From contig CAVWTN010000002.1 in assembly GCA_963757945.1 (NCBI GenBank), positions 458,262 through 522,261 on the forward strand: DNA of 64,000 nucleotides, in the 5' to 3' direction. Numbering within the stretch: position 1 is the stretch's first letter; each line of letters opens with the position of its first letter. Of this stretch, positions 31,410 to 39,221 are shown one piece after another. Under the pieces are notes generated by a model. The model did not search any database. It was given only the letters and a program-made list of their open reading frames with translations, and was not told where the DNA came from. This DNA comes from Vulcanimicrobiota bacterium (GTDB lineage: Bacteria > Vulcanimicrobiota > Vulcanimicrobiia > Vulcanimicrobiales > Vulcanimicrobiaceae). Made by a program: the position numbers and the translations under genes.

Positions 31410-31581
31410 GGTATTGCGGCTCCCCTACGCACAGCGCAATCACGAGTTGCAGGTCGAGGAAGAGCAGGTCGACGCCGGCGACCGAGATCGTCAGATTCCC
31501 CGCCAGCACGAGGCCCCGATCGAGGACCCGGTCGAGCAGATCGAGGAGGGTGACCTCGTCCGGCTCTGCAACGGCGCTCAT
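31390..31581 (-). CDS. gvpS: small GvpA-family gas vesicle protein (GvpS/GvpM-like)
   Basis: 63 aa. TLLDLLDRVLDRGLVLAGNLTISVAGVDLLFLDLQLVIA is a GvpA-fold core. Confidence 0.7.
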   Translation of the reverse strand: MSAVAEPDEVTLLDLLDRVLDRGLVLAGNLTISVAGVDLLFLDLQLVIALCVGEPQYRGNARP

Positions 31582-32423
31582 CGGTGCACGCTCCCTTGCT
31601 CTTCGATGGATTCAGGATCGACGAAATTGTACGGCGGCCACGGCCCGCTATATTCGACCTTGATCTCCGGGCGCAGTTGACCGATGCGCTCCACCATCTC
31701 CAAGAACGCACCTTGCTGCGCGCGCCGGACCAAGAATGTCCGGCGCAGGATCGCGAGCGTCGCTTCGCCGTCCGTGAGGCGCAGGGGCGAGAGCTCCCCG
31801 CCGGCGACCGCGAGCGAACGCAGTTCCGCGTACGCCTGGTCGCTCACGCCTGCGATCGTGTCTTCGACGTGACGCTTCAAGAGGGTCGCGATTTGGCGAT
31901 CCACGAGATAGGCGCGGCCGGCACTCGACGACGCCCGCTTCTCCAGCAACTGCGCGATCTGGGGGACGGAGCGGGAAAGGCTCTTGCGCAGGAGCGTCCG
32001 ATCGAACGTCAGCCGCACCTCGAACTCGTCGCAGCCCTCCAACCGTTGCAGGATGCGTAAGATCGAGGACTGACTTTCCGCAAGCGCCGCAAGAATGTCG
32101 TCATCGCTCGCATAGACGCTGAACAACCGCGCGGGCACGATGCCCAGGCGCTGCTGCAGCCCTTCGACGACCCGTTCGTGCTCGGAGGCGACCTGCCCGA
32201 GCCACGTATCGTCTTGCGCGAGCGAGCGCACGCGCTCCGCTTCGAAATCGGCAAGCGGAACGGCGCTCACGAGTGCGCTTAACTCCCCATAACTGATCGC
32301 GCCGACGAGCGTCGCGCCGTCCACGCCGAGGATCGCGAGCGGCAGCCGGCTGCGAACATCGCTCTCCTTCGCGATTCCGTACAGATACCACGCATGCCCG
32401 GGCGGCAATACTCGATCGATCAT
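31578..32423 (-). CDS. gvpL: gas vesicle protein GvpL/GvpF family
   Basis: 282 aa, WYLYGIAKE…GELSALVSAVPL. Start at ATG 32423, which overlaps the gvpG stop by 1 nt. Confidence 0.8.
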   Translation of the reverse strand: MIDRVLPPGHAWYLYGIAKESDVRSRLPLAILGVDGATLVGAISYGELSALVSAVPLADFEAERVRSLAQDDTWLGQVASEHERVVEGLQQRLGIVPARLFSVYASDDDILAALAESQSSILRILQRLEGCDEFEVRLTFDRTLLRKSLSRSVPQIAQLLEKRASSSAGRAYLVDRQIATLLKRHVEDTIAGVSDQAYAELRSLAVAGGELSPLRLTDGEATLAILRRTFLVRRAQQGAFLEMVERIGQLRPEIKVEYSGPWPPYNFVDPESIEEQGSVHR

Positions 32424-32671
32424 CAGAGCGACGCCTTGTATTCGCGAATCTCGTTCAAGCGCTGCAAGATGCTCGCTTCCGCCTCGCTGTACTCCGCTTC
32501 CGAGATCTCGCCCAAATCGAGTTGCAAGCTCAGCCGCATCAGCGCGCTCTCGAGGCGGCCTTCGTCGTACATCTCCGCGTCGACCGCCTCTTTGATCTTC
32601 TCGAACACAAAGAGCAGCCCGCGGGCCGGTCCCGCAACCGGCAGACACACGAGATCGGTGACCAATCCCAT
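32423..32671 (-). CDS. gvpG: gas vesicle protein GvpG
   Basis: 83 aa. MGLVTDLVCLPVAGPARGLLFVFEKIKEAVDAEMYDE…LDLGEISEAEYSEAEASIL is GvpG-like. RBS AAGGAGAG. Confidence 0.7.
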   Translation of the reverse strand: MGLVTDLVCLPVAGPARGLLFVFEKIKEAVDAEMYDEGRLESALMRLSLQLDLGEISEAEYSEAEASILQRLNEIREYKASL

Positions 32672-32673
32672 CG

Positions 32674-33477
32674 CTAGCTCTCCTTTTCCCAGGCGAGATC
32701 GACGAAATCGAACGGCGGCAGAGGCCCGACGTACTTCAGAATCAGCCGTTCGGCATTCCGCTCGGCGATCGCGTTGACGGCCGCGTCGAAGCGCGCTTCG
32801 CTTGCTTTCTCCACGAGAAACGCCGCGTTGACGATCATCATGTCCGTGAGCAGGGCGTTCGTCTTCATCTCCACGCACAGCGGTGCAAGCTCGCTCTCGA
32901 TCTCCTCGGCGTCGCGCGTGCGCAGCAGGGCCATGGCCTGCTCCACCAATTGCCCGAGCCGGATCTGCTCGAAGTGGCCCGACCCCGATACCATCTCGTC
33001 ACGCAACGAGCGGATGTCGTCCCGCGCGGCCACGATCTCGGCGAACACGCGCTCCCGTTTCCAAAGCACCTTGAGCCCGAGCTCGACTCGCCCGCGGACA
33101 TGCGCCAAGATCGCGAGCAGCTCGTCGCGCCGCGCTTCAAGAACCTGCTCGCCGACACGCGCGTCGCTCGCGGAGATCAATCCGAATTGCGCGGGGATCA
33201 CCTCGCTGAACGTGAGGATCTCTTCGAGAACGCGCTGATGCGTCAGGAGGTTCTCGCGGCTAACGTCGTAGCGAGCTGCCGGAGAGTCGCTGACGATCGC
33301 CGCGAGCTCGCCGGCCCGGACGGCGCGCACCGCGTCGCCGCGCCCGCCGACCGCGGCCGCGGCGAACGCACCGCGCCCTTCGAGCGCGGCTGCGGGAACG
33401 ATGCCGTAGACATAAACGCCGGCCGCGCCCGCGGACGTTCCCGCCTCGCTCGCGGCGAGCTTCTCGTCACTCACCAT
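32674..33477 (-). CDS. gvpF: gas vesicle protein GvpF
   Basis: 267 aa. GVYVYGIVPAAA…LAAIVSDSP… is GvpF-family. Start at ATG 33477. Confidence 0.8.
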   Translation of the reverse strand: MVSDEKLAASEAGTSAGAAGVYVYGIVPAAALEGRGAFAAAAVGGRGDAVRAVRAGELAAIVSDSPAARYDVSRENLLTHQRVLEEILTFSEVIPAQFGLISASDARVGEQVLEARRDELLAILAHVRGRVELGLKVLWKRERVFAEIVAARDDIRSLRDEMVSGSGHFEQIRLGQLVEQAMALLRTRDAEEIESELAPLCVEMKTNALLTDMMIVNAAFLVEKASEARFDAAVNAIAERNAERLILKYVGPLPPFDFVDLAWEKES

Positions 33478-35659
33478 GGGCCGCCTCTTCCGCCTGGAGG
33501 GCCGCGACGTGCGCTTCGCGCGCCTGCACGAACGCGTTCTCGAAGTGACGCCGCTCGATGACGAACGGCGTGAACGCCGCCTGGGGTTCGCGCTCGATCG
33601 ATTCGCGGATCGCGAGCATCGCCGCACGCCGGCAAAGCCCCTCGAGATCCGCGCCGACGAGGCCCTCGGTGCTCGCTGCGATGCTCTTGAGGTCCACGTC
33701 TGCACTCAACTGCCGGCCGCGCGTGTGCACGCCGAGGATCGACAGGCGCGCAGCCCGGTCCGGGGCGTGCAACGGGAGAATCACGTCGAAGCGCCCGGCG
33801 CGCAACAGCGCGGGATCGATCATGTCCGGGCGATTGGTCGCGCCGAGAATGACGACGCCGCGCAATTCCTCGATGCCGTCGAGTTCGGCGAGGAACTGCC
33901 CCACGACACGTTCCGCAACGTGCCCCCCGCCGCTCCCGTCGCCGCGGCGCGGCACGAGCGCGTCGATCTCGTCGAAGAAGACCATGCACGGCGCGGCTTG
34001 CCTGGCCTTGTGGAAGACTTCGCGGATGCCTTTCTCCGACTCGCCGACCCACTTCGAGATCAGCGCGGGCCCCTTGACCGAGATGAAATTGATGCCGCTC
34101 TCCGCCGCGGCCGCCCTCGCCACGAGCGTCTTTCCCGTTCCCGGCGGCCCGGTCAGGAGCAACCCTTTCGGTGGATTCACCTTGGCAAACGCAAAGCGGT
34201 CGGCATACGCGAGCGGCCAGGCGACCATCTCACGAATGACTTCCTTCACCTCGTCGAGCCCGCCGACGTCGTCCCACTTCACGTCCGGCAGTTCGGTGAA
34301 GACCTCGCGAATGGCCGAGGGCTCCGTCTCCGTGAGCGCATCCGTGAAGTTCCGCATCGAGATTTCGAGCTTGAGCAGCTCCTCGTAGGGAAGCTGCGGG
34401 TTCTTGAAATCGATCGTCGGGAGAGCGTTTCGCAAGCAGCTCATCGCGGCTTCGCGGCACACCCCGGCGAGATCGGCGCCGACGAAGCCATGCGTGATCG
34501 CCGCCAGCTTCTCGAGGTCCACATCCTTCGCGAGCGGCATGCCGCGCGTGTGAATCTGCAAGATCTCCAGACGCCCCACCTTGTCGGGGACGAGGACCGA
34601 GATTTCGCGATCGAAGCGCCCCGGCCGGCGCAGCGCCGGGTCGATGCTATCCGGAATGTTCGTCGCGCCGATGACGACGACGTGCCCGCGGGACTCGAGG
34701 CCGTCCATCAGGGTCAGGAGCTGCGCGACCACGCGCTTCTCGACTTCCCCTTGGACCGCTTCGCGCTTGGGCGCGATCGCGTCGATCTCGTCGATGAAGA
34801 CGATGCTCGGCGCGTGGTTCTGCGCCTCATCGAAGAGCTTGCGCAGATTTGCTTCCGACTCGCCGTAGAACTTGTGGATGATCTCCGGACCGTTGACGTG
34901 CACGAAGTGCGCGGAGGTTTCGGCTGCGACCGCTCGCGCGATCAGCGTCTTGCCGCACCCGGGCGGCCCGTAGAGCAAAACTCCCTTGGGCGGCTCGATG
35001 CCCAGACGCGCGAAGACCTCCGGGTAGCGCATCGGCAACTCGATCATCTCGCGAATCCGCGCGATCTCTCTCCCCAGGCCACCCACGTCCTCGTAGGACA
35101 CTCCCGGCGCGCGGCCTCCCAGGGTGGCATCTCCGGCGATGCGCACGACGGTGGCTCGATCGACGTAGACGGGACCGGACGGGCTCGTGTCCTTGACGAT
35201 GAAATCGACCGCCCGCGAACCGAACAGCGCGACGCGCACGCGATCGCCCACCACGAGCGGCACGTTCTCGAGCAGCGTGCCGATGTAGCGCGAATCTTGC
35301 GCGCCGAGCGCCTTGGCGGTGACGACCGGCGTGAGCGCGAGACTCGCCGCGCTGTGGTTGCCCGCCTTCTTGAGTTGCACGCTATCGTCGAGCGCCGCCT
35401 GCGCGTTCTCCCGGATGATCCCGTCGATCTGGACCAGACCCTTGCCGCGCTCGCCGGGGAACGCCGGCATGATCCGCGCCGTGGTGTTGCGTTTGCCTGC
35501 GATCTCCACGATGTCGCCGATCGCGCAACCGAGACGCTCGATATCCGCCGGATCGACGCGCGCGATCGCCCGGCCGACGTCTTTCGGAAGCGCCTCCGCA
35601 ACGCGCAGCGCGAGCGCCGCCCGCTCGCCTACCGCGCCGCTTGCTCCGGGTTGACTCAT
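33467..35659 (-). CDS. CDC48/VAT-like double-ring AAA+ ATPase (N-domain + D1 + D2) embedded in the gvp operon
   Basis: 730 aa. CDC48-type N-domain, two Walker A sites (GPPGCGKT, GPPGTGKT), two Walker B sites (IVFIDEID, MVFFDEID), and a second-region-of-homology with Arg fingers. Confidence 0.85.
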   Translation of the reverse strand: MSQPGASGAVGERAALALRVAEALPKDVGRAIARVDPADIERLGCAIGDIVEIAGKRNTTARIMPAFPGERGKGLVQIDGIIRENAQAALDDSVQLKKAGNHSAASLALTPVVTAKALGAQDSRYIGTLLENVPLVVGDRVRVALFGSRAVDFIVKDTSPSGPVYVDRATVVRIAGDATLGGRAPGVSYEDVGGLGREIARIREMIELPMRYPEVFARLGIEPPKGVLLYGPPGCGKTLIARAVAAETSAHFVHVNGPEIIHKFYGESEANLRKLFDEAQNHAPSIVFIDEIDAIAPKREAVQGEVEKRVVAQLLTLMDGLESRGHVVVIGATNIPDSIDPALRRPGRFDREISVLVPDKVGRLEILQIHTRGMPLAKDVDLEKLAAITHGFVGADLAGVCREAAMSCLRNALPTIDFKNPQLPYEELLKLEISMRNFTDALTETEPSAIREVFTELPDVKWDDVGGLDEVKEVIREMVAWPLAYADRFAFAKVNPPKGLLLTGPPGTGKTLVARAAAAESGINFISVKGPALISKWVGESEKGIREVFHKARQAAPCMVFFDEIDALVPRRGDGSGGGHVAERVVGQFLAELDGIEELRGVVILGATNRPDMIDPALLRAGRFDVILPLHAPDRAARLSILGVHTRGRQLSADVDLKSIAASTEGLVGADLEGLCRRAAMLAIRESIEREPQAAFTPFVIERRHFENAFVQAREAHVAALQAEEAAHGE

Positions 35660-36156
35660 TTCTTCTTCTCGAGGCGAACCTCGAGAATGGCATTCTTAAA
35701 GCTTCGCTGCAGGTTCGACGCATCGACCTGCGCCGGCAACAGGAGTTCCTTGGAGTATTTCCGTTCGCGACCGGCGGCCTCGAGCGTCAGGATGTCGCCC
35801 TCAACTTCGACCTTGATGTCTTCGTCCGTGACGCCCGGCAGCTCCGCCACGACCAAGACATGATCGGCTTCGTCGAAAATGTCGACGAGCGGCTCGCGCA
35901 CCTCGGAAACTTCGGGCCCGTGTGCCGTGGGGCGGATGTTGCCGAACTGCTCGATGACCGGAACGCCGCCGAGCGACTTGATCGACACGCCGTAGAGGCC
36001 GCGCAATTCACGCGGACCGCTCAGCTCGCCGCTGCGCCGGATTTCCTTGCCCTCGCCGAGCTCACCGAGCAGATCGATGAAACCGCCCAGCCCTTTGAGG
36101 ATCTCGCCGAGCCCGAGATCCGTGCGCGGATCGCTTGTCTTCCGTTTGCTGCTCAT
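35656..36156 (-). CDS. gvpH: Hsp20/alpha-crystallin family protein (GvpH-like)
   Basis: 166 aa with an alpha-crystallin domain (ADHVLVVAELPGVTDEDIKVEVEGDILTLEAAG). ATGA overlap with the CDC48-like gene. Confidence 0.75.
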   Translation of the reverse strand: MSSKRKTSDPRTDLGLGEILKGLGGFIDLLGELGEGKEIRRSGELSGPRELRGLYGVSIKSLGGVPVIEQFGNIRPTAHGPEVSEVREPLVDIFDEADHVLVVAELPGVTDEDIKVEVEGDILTLEAAGRERKYSKELLLPAQVDASNLQRSFKNAILEVRLEKKK

Positions 36157-36159
36157 CTT

Positions 36160-36459
36160 CTAGTACTCCAACGTCAGCGCATGGCGGTCACTCGCGGCAG
36201 GCGGGGCTTCGATGCCGCCGGCGATCGGGCGCGCGATCGGCCGTGATTCGAGGTCGGCGATCTGCCCGTCGACCTCGCGCAAACGCGCCTCGACGGTTTG
36301 CTGTCTTTTCCGCGCGAGCTCGACTTCGCGCACGAGCCGCCGGCGTTCGCCCGCCAGCCGCTGGAGTTGCAATGCACGGCTCACTTCGCTGCGCAACCCG
36401 ATCGACGGGGGCAGCCCGCGAAACGACCGCACGTCGTGCATGGTGCTAGGTTGCCCCAT
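36160..36459 (-). CDS. small predicted coiled-coil protein in the gvp operon (unknown)
   Basis: 99-aa ORF tightly packed between gvpN (2-nt gap) and the Hsp20 gene, with RBS GGAG. Helical Arg/Glu-rich composition. It could be spurious in this high-GC DNA. Confidence 0.4.
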   Translation of the reverse strand: MGQPSTMHDVRSFRGLPPSIGLRSEVSRALQLQRLAGERRRLVREVELARKRQQTVEARLREVDGQIADLESRPIARPIAGGIEAPPAASDRHALTLEY

Positions 36460-36461
36460 GG

Positions 36462-37391
36462 TTACTTCCGCCTTTTCGGACTGCCGGTTTCCCGGATGCG
36501 CCGCCGCGACTTTTCAGATCGATCGGAGCCGCCGCTGACGAGCACATCAGCGCACGTCTGCTCGAACGCCGGCTCTCCGGGAACCGCGCGTCCACCGGAG
36601 ATCGACAAGACCTTGGCGATCATGATGGAGCGGCGCAGCGTGGACCCTACGTGGCCGGACTCATCCCTCCAGTGATGCACGACGTCGACGATCCGTTCGG
36701 CATCCTCGAGGGGAACGCCGGACTTCGCTCGAGTGATCTCGATCTCCGTATCGCGATCGAAGCCGCTCATGTCGATCGTGATCATCCGGTCGAGCAGTGC
36801 ATCCTGCGCGCCGTGCACGCCCACGTACTCGTCGGGATTCGACGTGAAGATCGCGGAGAACGCGGGGTGAACCTTCAGATACTGCACGCCGTTCCTGCTC
36901 GTGGGCAACATGAGCAGCTTCTCTTCCAACACGGCGAGCAGGACGTTGTTCGCCTCCGCGCGCGAGCGCGAGAACTCGTCGTAAAGCAGCGTCAGCCCTT
37001 CGCGGCAGGCGACCGTCAAACGATTGTCGACCCACTGTTGCGTCACGTCCTCCTCGGTCTTGAGGACCGAGTGGACGAAGTTGTCGACGACCCTGCGGCG
37101 GCGATAGCCGGATCGCCCGCCGACAAGGTCCGATGTGCCGAACTCGTCGTCACCGCACAGCAACGCCAGCGGCCGGCCCAGGTGATGCGCGACGTGCAGC
37201 GCCAAGGTCGTTTTGCCCGAGCCGGACGGTCCGCGGAAATGCACCGGATAGCCGGCCCGGATATACGTGAGGGCCCGTGCGGTCAGGGCCCGGATGAAGT
37301 CGGTCTCAACGAAATCCGCGCGTGGCCGGCTCGTGATGACCGAACTCCCTCCGACCGCAGGCGCGCTACCGTTCAACGTGACGCTCGCCAA
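36462..37391 (-). CDS. gvpN: gas vesicle protein GvpN (MoxR-like AAA+ ATPase)
   Basis: Walker A HFRGPSGSGKTTLA, Walker B LLYDEFSR. TTG start at 37391 preceded by AGGAGG at 5-nt spacing. Confidence 0.85.
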   Translation of the reverse strand: MASVTLNGSAPAVGGSSVITSRPRADFVETDFIRALTARALTYIRAGYPVHFRGPSGSGKTTLALHVAHHLGRPLALLCGDDEFGTSDLVGGRSGYRRRRVVDNFVHSVLKTEEDVTQQWVDNRLTVACREGLTLLYDEFSRSRAEANNVLLAVLEEKLLMLPTSRNGVQYLKVHPAFSAIFTSNPDEYVGVHGAQDALLDRMITIDMSGFDRDTEIEITRAKSGVPLEDAERIVDVVHHWRDESGHVGSTLRRSIMIAKVLSISGGRAVPGEPAFEQTCADVLVSGGSDRSEKSRRRIRETGSPKRRK

Positions 37392-37419
37392 GGCGCCCTC
37401 CTCTTCTTATCGAGTGCGA

Positions 37420-38013
37420 TCAAGTTGCAAAGTAAATTTCGCGAACGTCGTCCTTACGGGCGCGGTTCTGCTCGATGAGTCCATCGATCGCATGACCGAC
37501 TCCCGCGCGCGATGCGTGGAAGTGACGCTCGATGTCGTGGATCTTCACGCCGTTTGGATGGCCGGCGAGGAACGTGAAGACCTTGTCCTGCAGAGCGGTT
37601 GAATGATGCTGGACGCTTGGTTTGGGGCCATCTTGCGTCACCGCTCTGAAGGCGTAGTAATTGCCCCAGATCCCGGCCGTCTCCACGCGATTGACGTGGA
37701 AGGCGTCAAGGAGCCGGCTGACCTGTGCCCGGTTCTCCGCCGCGTCGGCCTTGAGCTGCGCGTTCTGCTTCTTCGCCGTCGCAGCAAGCTCCCGATCGAA
37801 ACCGGCAAGCTGATCGGCGACCGACCGGCTACGGGCGACGACCTCGGTATGGAGCGCCGCTCGCAGCTCCGTCTGTTCTTGAGTCCGCTCGCGTTGGAAG
37901 CGCGAAAGCTTCTGCGAAATCGCCTGTCGTCTCGCCGCGATCTCTTGGAACCGCTCTTCGTGCGATTGCTCCAACCGATCCGTCAGTGCGCGCACGTCTG
38001 CAACTATTGCCAT
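37420..38013 (-). CDS. predicted coiled-coil gas-vesicle-associated protein ('GvpX' paralog 2) with extra C-terminal winged-helix-like domain
   Basis: 198 aa. The N-terminal ~110 aa are paralogous to 28633..29031 (MAIVADVRALTDRLEQSHEER…). C-terminal ~70 aa extension (…VFTFLAGHPNGVKIHDIERHFHASRAGVGHAIDGLIEQN…). RBS GGGGGAGA. Confidence 0.5.
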   Translation of the reverse strand: MAIVADVRALTDRLEQSHEERFQEIAARRQAISQKLSRFQRERTQEQTELRAALHTEVVARSRSVADQLAGFDRELAATAKKQNAQLKADAAENRAQVSRLLDAFHVNRVETAGIWGNYYAFRAVTQDGPKPSVQHHSTALQDKVFTFLAGHPNGVKIHDIERHFHASRAGVGHAIDGLIEQNRARKDDVREIYFAT

Positions 38014-38151
38014 CTGGATCTCCCCCGCTTGTTGCGGCGTTGCGAGAGGGGCGCCGGCGGCCTTCACGCTGCTCTCTGGGCGCGAGCAGCGTGTAGACCC
38101 CAGCGCCCTCCCTCAAGCTCGATATAGTCGAGCCTATCTCTACCGCTCGCG

Positions 38152-38382
38152 CTACGCGGCGACGGGCTGGGGTGCTGCGACCGATGCCGTAAGCCCGATC
38201 GCTTCGGCATACTTGAGATACGTCTCGACCGAGGCCACGACGGCGCGGATCTCGATAGCGAGCAACTCGATGCCGACGAGCGACACGCGCACCCATGCAT
38301 CGATGACAAGGCCCTTGTCCAGGATACGATCGACGACTTCCACGAGGCTCGATGAGCCGATTGCCTTCTCTACTTGTGCCAT
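38152..38382 (-). CDS. gvpA: gas vesicle structural protein GvpA (copy 2)
   Basis: 76 aa. Identical to copy 1 except for 2 C-terminal residues (…APQPVAA vs …APQAAAA); DNA about 88% identical, mostly synonymous changes. Confidence 0.92.
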   Translation of the reverse strand: MAQVEKAIGSSSLVEVVDRILDKGLVIDAWVRVSLVGIELLAIEIRAVVASVETYLKYAEAIGLTASVAAPQPVAA

Positions 38383-38478
38383 TATTTAACGAAGCTCCCT
38401 GTGACAAATGGCGGCCAAGACACACTGCCGAGGCCACTGCTTGGGATTCGAGAAACCATGAACATCAGGTTTCCCTCC

Positions 38479-38558
38479 CTACGATGCATCGTAGTCGTAC
38501 GGCAGCGGCACAACAACACTCGATCGAGGTAGCGCGAGCTATCCGAACGGATACAATC
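38479..38558 (-). promoter_or_regulatory. gvpA copy-2 upstream region: 16-bp perfect palindrome CTACGATGCATCGTAG (38479..38494) plus conserved CTCGATCGAG / TATCCG-N2-CGGATA element (38510..38558)
   Basis: The conserved element is shared with 29495..29543. The 16-bp palindrome is unique to copy 2. It lies between the RR stop and gvpA2. Confidence 0.5.
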
Positions 38559-38564
38559 ATGCCG

Positions 38565-39221
38565 TCACTCCACCATTCCGACGCGCATCGCGAGGACCGC
38601 GACGTGCGTGCGATCGCGCGCGGCGAATTTTCCGATGATGCTCTGAACGTGCTTCTTGACGGTCACTTCAGCAAGACCGAGCTCGTCGCCGATGGCGCGA
38701 TTCGTCTTTCCGTCGACCAAAAGATCGAGCACCATTCGCTCGCGCTCGGTGAGATCGATCCCGGCCTTCTTCGCGGCGTTCGCCGGCGCCAGCGCCTCGT
38801 CCGCAAGCGCGCGCCGGATGACCGCATCTCTCACGACGATGTTGCCTTGACTGACTGCGGTGACGGTATGATACAAGAGATCGCGCGAGCAATCTTTGAG
38901 CAAATAGCCTGCCGCCCCGGCACACACCGCGCTCGTCACGAACGCATCGTCGCCGTAGCTGCTCATCATGATGACGGCGGTATCCCCGAAGGCTTCCTTG
39001 ATGCGACGCGCCGCATCCAAGCCGCCCATGCCCGGCATGCGCACGTCCATCAACACGACGTTCGGCCGCAGCCGTTCCACGCTCGCGATCGCGCTCTTTC
39101 CATCCTCCGCCTCGCCGACGACCTCGATCGCAGGATACGTCTCGAGCATGGCCCGCACGCCCTCGCGAACGACGAGATGGTCATCGACCAGCAGGACGGA
39201 GATGCGCGGCGTTGCGCTCAT
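38565..39221 (-). CDS. LuxR/NarL-family response regulator (REC + HTH)
   Basis: 219 aa. Receiver domain LLVDDH…VVLMDVRMPGMGG; C-terminal LuxR HTH (LTERERMVLDLLVDGKTNRAIGDELGLAEVTVKKH). Start at ATG 39221. Confidence 0.85.
   Translation of the reverse strand: MSATPRISVLLVDDHLVVREGVRAMLETYPAIEVVGEAEDGKSAIASVERLRPNVVLMDVRMPGMGGLDAARRIKEAFGDTAVIMMSSYGDDAFVTSAVCAGAAGYLLKDCSRDLLYHTVTAVSQGNIVVRDAVIRRALADEALAPANAAKKAGIDLTERERMVLDLLVDGKTNRAIGDELGLAEVTVKKHVQSIIGKFAARDRTHVAVLAMRVGMVE

Noticed and set aside
27551-38382. The gvp region as a horizontally acquired island or mobile element
   Set aside because: There is no integrase, transposase, flanking direct repeats, or GC drop across the cluster; GC matches the surroundings. 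I treat it as native chromosomal DNA.
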